Made by a program: the position numbers and the translations under genes | Assembly (NCBI GenBank): GCA_030535285.1 | Contig: JAUMXX010000001.1 | Coordinates: 1-62,075, forward strand | Length of the DNA stretch: 62,075 nucleotides | Reading direction: 5' to 3' | From: a bacterium | GTDB lineage: Bacteria; Bacillota; Clostridia; Oscillospirales; Acutalibacteraceae | The notes under the pieces: generated by a model | The model's input: the letters and a program-made list of their open reading frames with translations, nothing else | Databases searched by the model: none | Told to the model about the DNA's origin: nothing | Shown here: positions 9,773 through 18,940 of the stretch, piece by piece | Numbering within the stretch: position 1 is the stretch's first letter | Layout: each line of letters opens with the position of its first letter

Positions 9773-10894
9773 TCACACATCTGTATTTTTGTGGACATAC
9801 ATCGGATTATGTTTCGTGCCCGACAGCCGTTCTCCCGCATTAACCCTGACAAGTTTATCGACAATTACGTTATCAAGTTGTGAACCGTTGCCAATAACCG
9901 AATCTTCCAGTATTATGCAGTTTTTAACCACGGCATTTTCGCCTATACAAACTCCACGGGAAATCACCGAATTAATAACGGTTCCATCAATTTTGCAACC
10001 GTCTGCGACAAGCGAACCGACGGCATACGAATGCAACCCGTATTTTGTCGGCATATCGTCGCGGGTTTTTGTGTAAACCGGTCTTTGACTCGTGAAAAGC
10101 TGCCTTCTGATATCAGAATCATTAAGCAGGTCAAAATGTGTATTATAATAGCTAATCAAACTGTCTATAACTACAGCATAACTATCAACTTTATAGCCGA
10201 AAATTCTTAATTCCTGCACATTTTTTTGCATAATATCTTTCGCAAAGTTTTTTCTGCTTCTGCTGTTGGCATCCTCTATTAACCTTATCAACAATTTCTT
10301 CGAAAGCAGAATTACATCCAGACTAAAATCGCGTTGCTCGTCGGTCTGCTCTGAAACAAGAATATCAACTACCCGACCCTGCTGATCAACCTCAAGCGAC
10401 ATAGTGTCAGGATGCTTTTTGGGAAGATACCCGTTTTTATAGCACACTGTAATATCAGCATTTGTTCTGCTATGTTGCCTGACCATATCCTCAACATCAA
10501 AATTCATAACCACATCGGCATCACACAAAACAACATATTCCTCAGGGGAGTTCTTAATGAATTCCATTTCACCGTATATGGCTTCAATATGGTTTGTATA
10601 TACTCCGGATTTTCCGGTTGAAAAAGGGGAGAGAATGTAAATCCCCCCGTTTTTTCGGTCAAGATCCCACGGTTTGCCGTTTCCGAGATGGTTCATTAAC
10701 GACTGATAGTTTGCCTTTGTTATTATACAAACCTTAGAAATTCCCGCATTTACAAGATTCGACAACGAAAAATCAATCATCCTGTATCTCGCACCGAACG
10801 GAATTGATCCTGTTGCTCTTTTTTCTGTCAGTTCATAGATTAAATCATCATGCGTATTAGGAAAAACAATTCCCAGGATTTTATTTGTCCTCAT
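9773..10894 (-). CDS. glgD: glucose-1-phosphate adenylyltransferase regulatory subunit GlgD
   Basis: It is a paralog of GlgC that lacks the GGxGxRL loop (ILGIVFPNTHDDL), as is typical of GlgD. I chose the ATG at 10894, which is preceded by GGTGAG. The ORF track extends to 10969, where there is no RBS. Confidence 0.85.
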   Translation of the reverse strand: MRTNKILGIVFPNTHDDLIYELTEKRATGSIPFGARYRMIDFSLSNLVNAGISKVCIITKANYQSLMNHLGNGKPWDLDRKNGGIYILSPFSTGKSGVYTNHIEAIYGEMEFIKNSPEEYVVLCDADVVMNFDVEDMVRQHSRTNADITVCYKNGYLPKKHPDTMSLEVDQQGRVVDILVSEQTDEQRDFSLDVILLSKKLLIRLIEDANSRSRKNFAKDIMQKNVQELRIFGYKVDSYAVVIDSLISYYNTHFDLLNDSDIRRQLFTSQRPVYTKTRDDMPTKYGLHSYAVGSLVADGCKIDGTVINSVISRGVCIGENAVVKNCIILEDSVIGNGSQLDNVIVDKLVRVNAGERLSGTKHNPMYVHKNTDV

Positions 10895-11060
10895 ATTAAT
10901 CTCACCGTGTCCCTTCCCAGACATAAATTGCGATACAAAACCACCAATACTGCTACGAGCCGCTGTCATTTTACATCAGAGCGGTTTAGATTCGCACATT
11001 TCATTTCCGACATTTAATTTCAAAGCAACTGACCGTTTTTTAAAGTAAAGTTTTGCACCA

Positions 11061-12269
11061 TCAGACCTTTGCAATATCGGACGTAATCATTTGCTTGGCT
11101 TTGATCTCAACATCCTCACCTATGGTAATTCCGGCACCTACAACCGCAACTCCCCAGTCTTCGAGATTGTCAATTTCCTCCGGTTTCTCACCCACGCGGG
11201 CACCCCTTTGGATAATTGTGTTTTCGGCAATTATTGAATACTGCACTTTGGCATCTTTGCAAATTTTAGCACCCGGCATAATTATTGAGTATTCAACCGT
11301 TGCGCCCGGTTCAATGATAACATTCTCAAAAATTACCGAATATTCTATATCACCGCTTATTTCACAACCTTCTGTAATAAGTGAATTCTGCACATTGGCG
11401 CACTGCGCAATATACTGTGCCGATGACGAGGGTGTTGCGGAATAAATTTTCCAATCGGGATCGGATAAATCCAACTCAACCTTTGGATTGAGCAGGTCAA
11501 GATTTGCCTCCCATAACGAATCTATCGTTCCTACATCTTTCCAATAATCACTGTATCGGTAACACACTAATTTTTGTTGGTCATCAAGCATCGACGGAAT
11601 TACATCTTTACCGAAGTCTTTTGATGACTTGTCATTCTTATCATCCGTCTCAAGATAATATTTCAACTTATCCCACGAAAAAACATATATTCCCATTGAA
11701 GCCAGATTGCTTTTGGGGTTTGCGGGCTTTTCCTCAAACTCATAGATGCGACCGTCCGCATCGCAGTTCATAATTCCAAAACGCGAAGCCTCTTCGGCAG
11801 GCACCTCCAAAACAGCAATAGTACAGTCGGCACCTGTTTCCTTGTGCTGCTTTATCATCTTTGAGTAATCCATTTTATATATATGGTCTCCCGAAAGTAC
11901 CAGTACATATTCGGGATTGTACCGTTCGATAAAAGGTATATTCTGATATATCGCATTTGCCGTACCTTTATACCAATCAGCCCCGCCGATCTGCTGATAC
12001 GGCGGAAGAATGTGGACACCACGATTAAAACGATCAAGATCCCATGGTTTTCCGCTACCGATATAGTCACTGAGTTCCAACGGCTGATATTGTGTTAAAA
12101 CACCAACCGTGTCAATACCCGAATTTATACAATTTGAAAGTGGAAAATCTATTATCCTGTACTTGCCGCCGTACGGGACGGCAGGCTTTGCGATCTTTTC
12201 GGTCAAAACACCCAATCTGCTACCCTGTCCTCCTGCAAGCAACATTGCTACACATTCAACCTTTTTCAA
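11061..12269 (-). CDS. glgC: glucose-1-phosphate adenylyltransferase
   Basis: It has [14 protein letters not shown] (GGxGxRL), FEEKP, and left-handed beta-helix repeats at the C-terminus. Confidence 0.95.
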   Translation of the reverse strand: MKKVECVAMLLAGGQGSRLGVLTEKIAKPAVPYGGKYRIIDFPLSNCINSGIDTVGVLTQYQPLELSDYIGSGKPWDLDRFNRGVHILPPYQQIGGADWYKGTANAIYQNIPFIERYNPEYVLVLSGDHIYKMDYSKMIKQHKETGADCTIAVLEVPAEEASRFGIMNCDADGRIYEFEEKPANPKSNLASMGIYVFSWDKLKYYLETDDKNDKSSKDFGKDVIPSMLDDQQKLVCYRYSDYWKDVGTIDSLWEANLDLLNPKVELDLSDPDWKIYSATPSSSAQYIAQCANVQNSLITEGCEISGDIEYSVIFENVIIEPGATVEYSIIMPGAKICKDAKVQYSIIAENTIIQRGARVGEKPEEIDNLEDWGVAVVGAGITIGEDVEIKAKQMITSDIAKV

Positions 12270-12300
12270 GTATTGTCACTCCCCGTTTTGATTTAACATT

Positions 12301-14277
12301 TCAATGCAGTTTTAACTTTTTAACTGACTTCTTGGCATGCGGCTCACTCTTAAAATACAAAACCGACATCGCAGGAATCTCAATTTCAATCGAATTATCA
12401 TATCCATGCATGGATATGCTTTGTGAGATTACACTCTTGCTAATCGGGCTTCCGTTTCCACCGAACTTTATATCATCACTGTTTAACGCAACTTTATAAC
12501 GTCCCTTGTCGGGTACACCTATACGGTATCCGCTACGGTGTACCGGCACAAAATTACAAACACAGATTATCTTGTTACCCAACCTATCTATCCGCATAAA
12601 CGCGATAACACTTTGCAGGTTATCATCATTGGAAATCCACCTGAACCCTTCCCAAGAATCATCAATTTCCCACATCTGAGGATTTGCAACATAAAATTTA
12701 TTTAAGGTTGCTACGAAGTTTTTCATCTGCAAATGCCTGTCATATTTAAGCAGAAGCCAATCAAGTTCCTGTTTATAATTCCATTCAATAAACTGGGCAA
12801 ACTCCTGTCCCATAAAGGTTAATTTTTTACCCGGATGCGCAATCATATATGCATAAAATGCCCTTAGTCCCGAAAACTTCATATCATATTCACCCGGCAT
12901 CTTATTTATAAGTGAACACTTTCCGTGAACCACCTCATCATGAGAAATCGGAAGTACAAAATTTTCAGAAAACGCATAAAAAAACGAAAAGGTAAGGCAC
13001 CCGTGATTGTCTTTTCGGTAAATCGGATCAAGTGACATATACCTTAACATGTCGTTCATCCAACCCATATTCCACTTAAAATTGAACCCCAATCCGCCAA
13101 CATCTACCGGCTTTGTAACCATAGGCCATGCAGTAGATTCCTCAGCGATCATCATGGCCTTCTCGTGCTTTGCAAAAACCGCTGTATTAAGTCTTTTTAA
13201 AAAATCAATTGCCTCAAGATTTTCCTTGCCGCCATATCTGTTTTTTACCCATTCCCCGTTTTTGCGGTTATAGTCAAGATACAGCATAGAGGCAACTGCA
13301 TCAACACGCAGTCCGTCAATATGATAAACATCAAACCAATAAAGTGCATTGGAAATCAAAAAACTGATTACTTCGTTGCGTCCGTAATCAAAAACTGCCG
13401 TTCCCCATTGTTTGTGCTCACCTTTTCTTGGATCAGAATACTCATAACACGGCTGCCCGTCAAATCTATACAGACCGCATTCATCCTTGGGAAAATGAGC
13501 AGGAACCCAATCGAGAATTACGCCGATACCCTTGCTGTGCAATATGTCAACAAACCTCATAAAATCCTTAGGCGTACCGTATCTTGACGTAGGAGCATAA
13601 TACCCGATAACCTGATATCCCCAAGAACCATCAAAAGGATATTCCGAAACCGGCATAATTTCAACATGGGTGTATCCCATCTCAAGCACATATTCCGACA
13701 ATTCCTCAGCGATTTTTACATAATCAAAACAATTACCGTCATCATATTTTTTCCAAGAACCTAAATGAAGTTCATATATATTTATAGGACTGTTATAAAT
13801 ATCTTGCTCAGTTTTTCTGTCAAACCACTGTTTATCTCCCCAAATATAGTCCTCAATGTCATATATTTTTGATGCGTTTGCCGGGGGAGTCTCAAAATGA
13901 AACGCAAACGGATCACTTTTGAAAAGTTTTTCTCCCGACTCGGCAGTAACACAATATTTATATGTTTCATATTCACCAATATTGTCAATAAATTTCTCAA
14001 AAATTCCGTTACCGAGATTATCCATTAAATAAACGCCGTCTTGCCATCCGCAAAAATCACCCACGACCGAAACCGACCGCGCGTTTGGTGCCCACACCCT
14101 GAACATAACTCCCTTAACACCGTTATTGTATTCAAAATGCGAACCAAAATACCTGTAGATGTCGGTAGCGTTGCCGCTAAAAAACTGTGACAACATTTCA
14201 GAATTTTCCACAATATCCACCCCTTTGGAACTTTCAATCTGCCAATTGTGAACCACAGCAACACAAATATTGCTCAT
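12301..14277 (-). CDS. glgB: 1,4-alpha-glucan branching enzyme (GH13)
   Basis: It contains GH13 conserved regions (DWVPAHF, GLRVDAVASM, AEESTAWP, SHDEVVHGK). The start is uncertain, with an alternative ATG at 14196. Confidence 0.93.
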   Translation of the reverse strand: MSNICVAVVHNWQIESSKGVDIVENSEMLSQFFSGNATDIYRYFGSHFEYNNGVKGVMFRVWAPNARSVSVVGDFCGWQDGVYLMDNLGNGIFEKFIDNIGEYETYKYCVTAESGEKLFKSDPFAFHFETPPANASKIYDIEDYIWGDKQWFDRKTEQDIYNSPINIYELHLGSWKKYDDGNCFDYVKIAEELSEYVLEMGYTHVEIMPVSEYPFDGSWGYQVIGYYAPTSRYGTPKDFMRFVDILHSKGIGVILDWVPAHFPKDECGLYRFDGQPCYEYSDPRKGEHKQWGTAVFDYGRNEVISFLISNALYWFDVYHIDGLRVDAVASMLYLDYNRKNGEWVKNRYGGKENLEAIDFLKRLNTAVFAKHEKAMMIAEESTAWPMVTKPVDVGGLGFNFKWNMGWMNDMLRYMSLDPIYRKDNHGCLTFSFFYAFSENFVLPISHDEVVHGKCSLINKMPGEYDMKFSGLRAFYAYMIAHPGKKLTFMGQEFAQFIEWNYKQELDWLLLKYDRHLQMKNFVATLNKFYVANPQMWEIDDSWEGFRWISNDDNLQSVIAFMRIDRLGNKIICVCNFVPVHRSGYRIGVPDKGRYKVALNSDDIKFGGNGSPISKSVISQSISMHGYDNSIEIEIPAMSVLYFKSEPHAKKSVKKLKLH

Positions 14278-14419
14278 TCAAATAATATTTTATCAAAATA
14301 TACCACTCTTTTCAACCTGTTTTTAGTAATTTATTTATAAGCAAAGCGGCTGTTTTGTTACATTTTTTAGTAAATTTATACAGTAATCGTCATATTTTTT
14401 AACCCGACAAAATAATCTT

Positions 14420-14482
14420 CAAAACAAAAACTGCGACAGACCGAGAATTAACAAACACCGTTATTCTCAACGTCGGTCGCAG
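14420..14482 (-). terminator. intrinsic terminator after the ECF S-component gene
   Basis: On the reverse strand, CTGCGACCGACG...CGGTCTGTCGCAG forms an imperfect long hairpin followed by TTTTTGTTTTG. Confidence 0.55.
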
Positions 14483-14490
14483 TTAACAAA

Positions 14491-15072
14491 CTAAGCTTTT
14501 AAATTTTTCTTTACCGAAGCCCCGACTACCGGAACTATTACGACAGCCAATCCAAGTTCCACCAGACCGTTTATGGTTACCGTCGTTTTATAAATTTGTG
14601 TCAGAGTGGCGCCCAGGGAAACAAATCCTGTTCCGAAAAGCGAAATTGCAGTCAGCACAAAAAATGTGTTAAGTAGCGTACCTATTACTGCTGCAACACC
14701 CATTGACAATCGTTCGGATCCCTTTATCCTCTTGAAAAGTTTTTTTGCCAGAATAAAAACCAACGACGTAAATAATCCCACTAAAATTCTCGGCAACACC
14801 GATATTCGCGGATCCATAAAAATCGCACCGTCTGCAGTAATTCCGGAAAACGCATACACCAAACACGTTATTCCCCAAACAAGTCCCAGCCCTGTGCCAT
14901 ATATCGGTTTTTCCAGAACAACGATTCCCAGAATCACAACTACATGTAATGTTGTAATGCTCAGAACACCGTAACTGAAATACCCCGCATACGGTATGAA
15001 GGTCAGCGCCACGACGATCGCACAAAACAGTGCAAATACCACCCGTGAAAAATTTTTTGTACCTCTAGCCAT
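14491..15072 (-). CDS. panT: ECF transporter substrate-specific (S) component, probably pantothenate (PanT)
   Basis: This is a 193-aa protein with 5-6 TM segments and ECF S-component architecture. The substrate is inferred only from its position directly downstream of coaX. Confidence 0.55.
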   Translation of the reverse strand: MARGTKNFSRVVFALFCAIVVALTFIPYAGYFSYGVLSITTLHVVVILGIVVLEKPIYGTGLGLVWGITCLVYAFSGITADGAIFMDPRISVLPRILVGLFTSLVFILAKKLFKRIKGSERLSMGVAAVIGTLLNTFFVLTAISLFGTGFVSLGATLTQIYKTTVTINGLVELGLAVVIVPVVGASVKKNLKA

Positions 15073-15195
15073 TTTAAATCCTCCTTGCTACTGTTCCTTT
15101 CGCAAAACAGTTCAATCTCAACCGTTATGCCCGGATACAGTGCGTTTATTACTACGGTTTTAAACCGCTGTTAAACAAAGTAAATGCGCTAAAAT

Positions 15196-15969
15196 CTACC
15201 GTGCCGAAGAATCAACATTCTTTTCATGTATGATTCTCAACCCGTCAAGCAACAACTTTTGGTCATATACTATATCATTTTTACAATGCTTTATAATGTT
15301 GCACGCCAATCCCCCGGTTGCAACAACAGTCGCCTTTTCACAAAGGGTGTTTTGAATCCGTTCAATCATTCCGTCAAGCATTGCAGCAGTCCCGAAGACA
15401 ACCCCCGATTTCATACTGTCAACTGTATTGCTTCCTATGACACTTTTAGGTGTACCGATATCAATTTGCGGCAGTTGAGCAGTCTTGGAAGACAGTGATT
15501 CAAGCATCAAATTAACTCCGGCCATAATCGCGCCACCCACAAAACTACACTCTTTATTTACCACACTGATGGTTGTAGCTGTACCCATATCTATTATTAT
15601 ACATGGTGTCGGATATTTTGAAATCGCCCCAACAGCACCCGCAACCAAATCTGCACCGAGCTGTGCCGGATTGTCTATTTTAATATTAAGTCCTGTTTTA
15701 ACTCCCGGACCCAAAACCAATGGTTCAATCTTAAAAAGTCTTTCAATGGCCTTGCAGATTGCGCTTTGTGCAGACGGAACAACAGAGCTTATTATTGCAC
15801 TGTCTATGTCCTGACACCCGTTAAACAAAAATATCCCCTTAATCTCTACTGCATACTGATCTTCCGTTTTGTTTTTTTCGGTAACAATCCTCGCGGTGAA
15901 AACCAGATCTTCACGGTCGTACACCCCAAGAGTTATATTGGTGTTGCCTATATCACATACAAGTAACAC
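15196..15969 (-). CDS. coaX: type III pantothenate kinase
   Basis: It carries VLLVCDIGNTNITLGVY (the DxGNT phosphate-1 motif), IIDMGTATT and ATGGLA. The GTG at 15969 lies 8 nt after AAGGAG. The longer ORF-track N-terminus has no RBS. Confidence 0.9.
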   Translation of the reverse strand: MLLVCDIGNTNITLGVYDREDLVFTARIVTEKNKTEDQYAVEIKGIFLFNGCQDIDSAIISSVVPSAQSAICKAIERLFKIEPLVLGPGVKTGLNIKIDNPAQLGADLVAGAVGAISKYPTPCIIIDMGTATTISVVNKECSFVGGAIMAGVNLMLESLSSKTAQLPQIDIGTPKSVIGSNTVDSMKSGVVFGTAAMLDGMIERIQNTLCEKATVVATGGLACNIIKHCKNDIVYDQKLLLDGLRIIHEKNVDSSAR

Positions 15970-16247
15970 ATTCCCAACTCCTTTTTCAATTGCGATGTAT
16001 ACACCACTCCAACAGAGTGTCATCAAACAAGGTTTTATAAATTTTACATTTTTATTATCCTATTGTCAAGAACACTTGTGCCGGCGGGCTGAAACAATGT
16101 ACTTGTATCTGAAAATTTTATATGATACAATAATTAAGTATAATTGCCCCTGAACTCAAATTCTGTCTACACTTGACGGCAGGCAGTGTTTTTTAGGGAC
16201 TAAACCTGTAAAAAGTAATTAAACGGTTGCGAAAAGGATGTTTATAT

Positions 16248-17459
16248 ATGGATAAAAACGATATATACAGTAATGATTCCAACAACGGATTCACCGTTTT
16301 CGACATTGAATTTGACTCAGGCAGAAAAGATTCCTCCGATTCTCACAAACAACAATCTGTCCTGTTAGCCGGTTACAATAAAGATGCAAAAACCAGAAAA
16401 CTGATAAAAAAGAAAAAGAAACAACTGATAATTACAAACGTTTGTCTGAGTATTCTTCTTGTAATTACCCTTGTGGCAACCTCCGGACTGCTCATTTTTC
16501 AATATGTTTTCAGCGGATTTGACAGCGGTGTAAAGTTAGAAGAGAAGGATTTAGGTATTTCGAGTGAGCATATCGGTAATAAATATACTCACATAAAAAA
16601 CATCGCGCTCTTTGGGGTAGATACAAGAGATTTTTCAAAAAATAAAAACGCAGGAAGATGTGACTGCGTTATTATCCTGTCAGTCAACACAAAACAGCGC
16701 ACCTTAAAAATGGTGTCCATTCTTCGCGATACCTTGGTGAAAATTGAGAAAAACGGCCACCAAAAGATTGCCCACTCCTACGTCTATGGCGGTGCGCAAC
16801 TCGCAGTTAAGACCATTAATACAAACTTCAACATGAATATAACCGACTATGTAACGGTTAATATGAGCCAGCTTTCTGCTGTTATAGATTTAATGGGCGG
16901 CATTGATATTGAAATTACCGAGCAGGAGAGAGTTGCCCTGAACGGACTGACAAACTCCGAAGGATTCGGAATTAAAACGGTACCCAAAAGCGCGATAAAC
17001 TCAAATGGCGTGGCACACCTTAACGGCGGACAGGCTATGTGTTTTGCAAGAATCAGAAAGATCGACAGTGACAATGCACGTGTCGGACGTCAATCAAAGG
17101 TTTTAGGCGCGCTCTTGGCAAAAGTTCAGCAGATGAGGATTACTAAATATCCCGGTCTTCTCAGAGCAATTTTAAGTGAGGTTGAGACTTCGCTTACATA
17201 CTCCGAAATTATTTCCTATGTTCCTATGGCAACTGCCGGAAAATTAACGCTTGAAACCATGTCTGTTCCCGGAGAGGAAGATAACGCAAGGGGCGGCCAA
17301 TACGATATTTACGGAAATTACAGTTCAAGCAACGCTTGGGTCTGGCAGTTTGATCTTGACAAAGCATCTCAGCGGATTCACGACTGGATATACACACCAG
17401 ATGCCGACGCTGCGGATAACCAATCTGTGTCGGAAATATCGGACGACAGTGAAGACTGA
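16248..17459 (+). CDS. LytR-CpsA-Psr (LCP) family cell-envelope phosphotransferase
   Basis: It has an N-terminal cytoplasmic tail, a single TM segment, and an LCP core (GVDTR...RCDCVIILSVN...SILRDT). Confidence 0.85.
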   Translation: MDKNDIYSNDSNNGFTVFDIEFDSGRKDSSDSHKQQSVLLAGYNKDAKTRKLIKKKKKQLIITNVCLSILLVITLVATSGLLIFQYVFSGFDSGVKLEEKDLGISSEHIGNKYTHIKNIALFGVDTRDFSKNKNAGRCDCVIILSVNTKQRTLKMVSILRDTLVKIEKNGHQKIAHSYVYGGAQLAVKTINTNFNMNITDYVTVNMSQLSAVIDLMGGIDIEITEQERVALNGLTNSEGFGIKTVPKSAINSNGVAHLNGGQAMCFARIRKIDSDNARVGRQSKVLGALLAKVQQMRITKYPGLLRAILSEVETSLTYSEIISYVPMATAGKLTLETMSVPGEEDNARGGQYDIYGNYSSSNAWVWQFDLDKASQRIHDWIYTPDADAADNQSVSEISDDSED

Positions 17460-17507
17460 GTGAATTGTTGCATAAACTCAAAAGTAACTTACTGTTTAAT
17501 TTTAGTA

Positions 17508-17536
17508 TTGACTTATCTATAAGCTGTTGTTATAAT
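17508..17536 (+). promoter_or_regulatory. sigma-A promoter of the rpsF-ssb-rpsR operon
   Basis: TTGACT-17 nt-TATAAT with a TG-extended -10 (TGTTATAAT). Confidence 0.6.
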
Positions 17537-17572
17537 AATGTGTACTATTGGTATATTATACCTTAGTTCCTT

Positions 17573-17612
17573 GCTCAAAACGTGTTTTGAGCCACAAGTC
17601 CAAAAGGAGGTG
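17573..17612 (+). promoter_or_regulatory. rpsF 5' leader hairpin plus RBS (candidate S6:S18 autoregulatory leader)
   Basis: The hairpin GCTCAAAAC-GT-GTTTTGAGC sits immediately before AAAGGAGGTG. The position matches the known Firmicute rpsF leader class, but I did not verify the motif. Confidence 0.35.
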
Positions 17613-17620
17613 CAAGATTC

Positions 17621-17905
17621 ATGGCTACCGCAAAATATGAAGCAATGATGGTTTTCTCTGTTAAAAACGCAGAAGAAGAAGTTTCTGCTTTGACCGAGAA
17701 ATTCAAGACTCTTATTGAAAAAAACGGTACGATTGAGAAGATTGACGAATGGGGAAAACGCCGTCTGGCTTACCCGATTAATGATGAACCTGACGGTCAT
17801 TATGTTCTCGTTGATTTCGAAAGCGGCCCTGATTTTCCCGCTGAGTTTACCCGTGTAGCAAAAATCACAGAAGGCGTTCTTCGTATTATGATCACAAAAA
17901 AATAA
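17621..17905 (+). CDS. rpsF: 30S ribosomal protein S6
   Basis: The sequence YEAMMVF...EKIDEWGKRRLAYPI is typical of S6. The operon context also fits. Confidence 0.97.
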   Translation: MATAKYEAMMVFSVKNAEEEVSALTEKFKTLIEKNGTIEKIDEWGKRRLAYPINDEPDGHYVLVDFESGPDFPAEFTRVAKITEGVLRIMITKK

Positions 17906-17920
17906 GCGAGGGATAAACAA

Positions 17921-18358
17921 ATGATAAATGTTGTTGTTTTAACCGGCAGACTTACTGCTGATCCCGAACTCCGTCACACCACTTCGGGAATCGCAGTCAC
18001 AAGCTTTTCTATCGCTGTCGACCGCCGTTATAGAAGCGGAGAAGAAAGACAAACAGATTTTATTAATATTGTCGCTTGGAGAGCAAACGCTGAATTTGTC
18101 AGCAATTACTTTAAAAAGGGACAACTTATTGCTATTGAGGGTTCAATTCAAACCCGCAGATATCAAGATAAAGACGGTAATAACCGCGTTGCTTTCGAGG
18201 TTGTTGCAAACAATGTCCAATTCGCAGAATCTAAGCGTGATTCGGCACGCCCCGAACAGACCGGTGACGGTGCTGTTCCGACAACCCCCGTTTCATTTTC
18301 AAACAGTGACTCGGGTGACTTTACGGAATTTGCCGAAGATGAGGATTTACCGTTCTAA
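17921..18358 (+). CDS. ssb: single-stranded DNA-binding protein
   Basis: It has an OB fold (MINVVVLTGRLTADPELR) and an acidic C-terminal tip, DEDLPF. Confidence 0.97.
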   Translation: MINVVVLTGRLTADPELRHTTSGIAVTSFSIAVDRRYRSGEERQTDFINIVAWRANAEFVSNYFKKGQLIAIEGSIQTRRYQDKDGNNRVAFEVVANNVQFAESKRDSARPEQTGDGAVPTTPVSFSNSDSGDFTEFAEDEDLPF

Positions 18359-18402
18359 TTTGATATTCTTTCATTTTATTTTATCTAAGGAGGTAACCTT
18401 TC

Positions 18403-18642
18403 ATGGAAAGACCTGAGAGATCCATGCATCACAAAAGTCGCAAGAAGGTTTGTCACTTTTGTGTTGACAGGGTTGAAGCAATAGATTACAAAGATGTCGC
18501 AAGACTTCGTAAATTCGTTTCGGAAAGAGGAAAAATTCTTCCTCGCCGTGTGACCGGAACTTGCGCTGCACATCAACGTGAACTTACAACCGCAATCAAG
18601 CGTGCTCGTTACGTTGCTTTATTGCCCTATACTGCAGACTAA
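18403..18642 (+). CDS. rpsR: 30S ribosomal protein S18
   Basis: The segment [16 protein letters not shown]...[26 protein letters not shown] matches S18. Confidence 0.97.
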   Translation: MERPERSMHHKSRKKVCHFCVDRVEAIDYKDVARLRKFVSERGKILPRRVTGTCAAHQRELTTAIKRARYVALLPYTAD

Positions 18643-18658
18643 TTTTTAAAATTATTCT

Positions 18659-18700
18659 AAGACCGACAAAACCTTAATCTTGTCGGTCTTTATTATTTTT
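18659..18700 (+). terminator. intrinsic terminator of the rpsF operon
   Basis: GACCGACAA pairs with TTGTCGGTC and is followed by TTTATTATTTTT. Confidence 0.75.
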
Positions 18701-18821
18701 ACCGACTACCGATAATTTTGCTTTTTACTTAATTTAAATAGTATATTTTACCTTTTTTTGATAATAAAAGTATTTAATTTCTGTCTGTTGTATAAATTTT
18801 TATAATTTCCATTAATTTATT

Positions 18822-18850
18822 TTGATTTTTATTCTAAACAGTGCTATAAT
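18822..18850 (+). promoter_or_regulatory. sigma-A type promoter for the cohesin-protein gene
   Basis: TTGATT-17 nt-TATAAT with a TG-extended -10 (TGCTATAAT), about 90 nt upstream of the ATG at 18941. Confidence 0.5.
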
Positions 18851-18940
18851 TATAACACGCAAATTTTAACCTATTTGTGTTTTGACGGTAATAACCTAAC
18901 CGTTAACAATTTATCTTATTATTTACAGGTGGTCTTTTAA

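Noticed and set aside
9612-10076. A 154-aa plus-strand ORF spanning the glgA-glgD junction.
   Set aside because: It is antisense to both glycogen genes, with Ser/Thr/Pro-rich shadow-frame composition.
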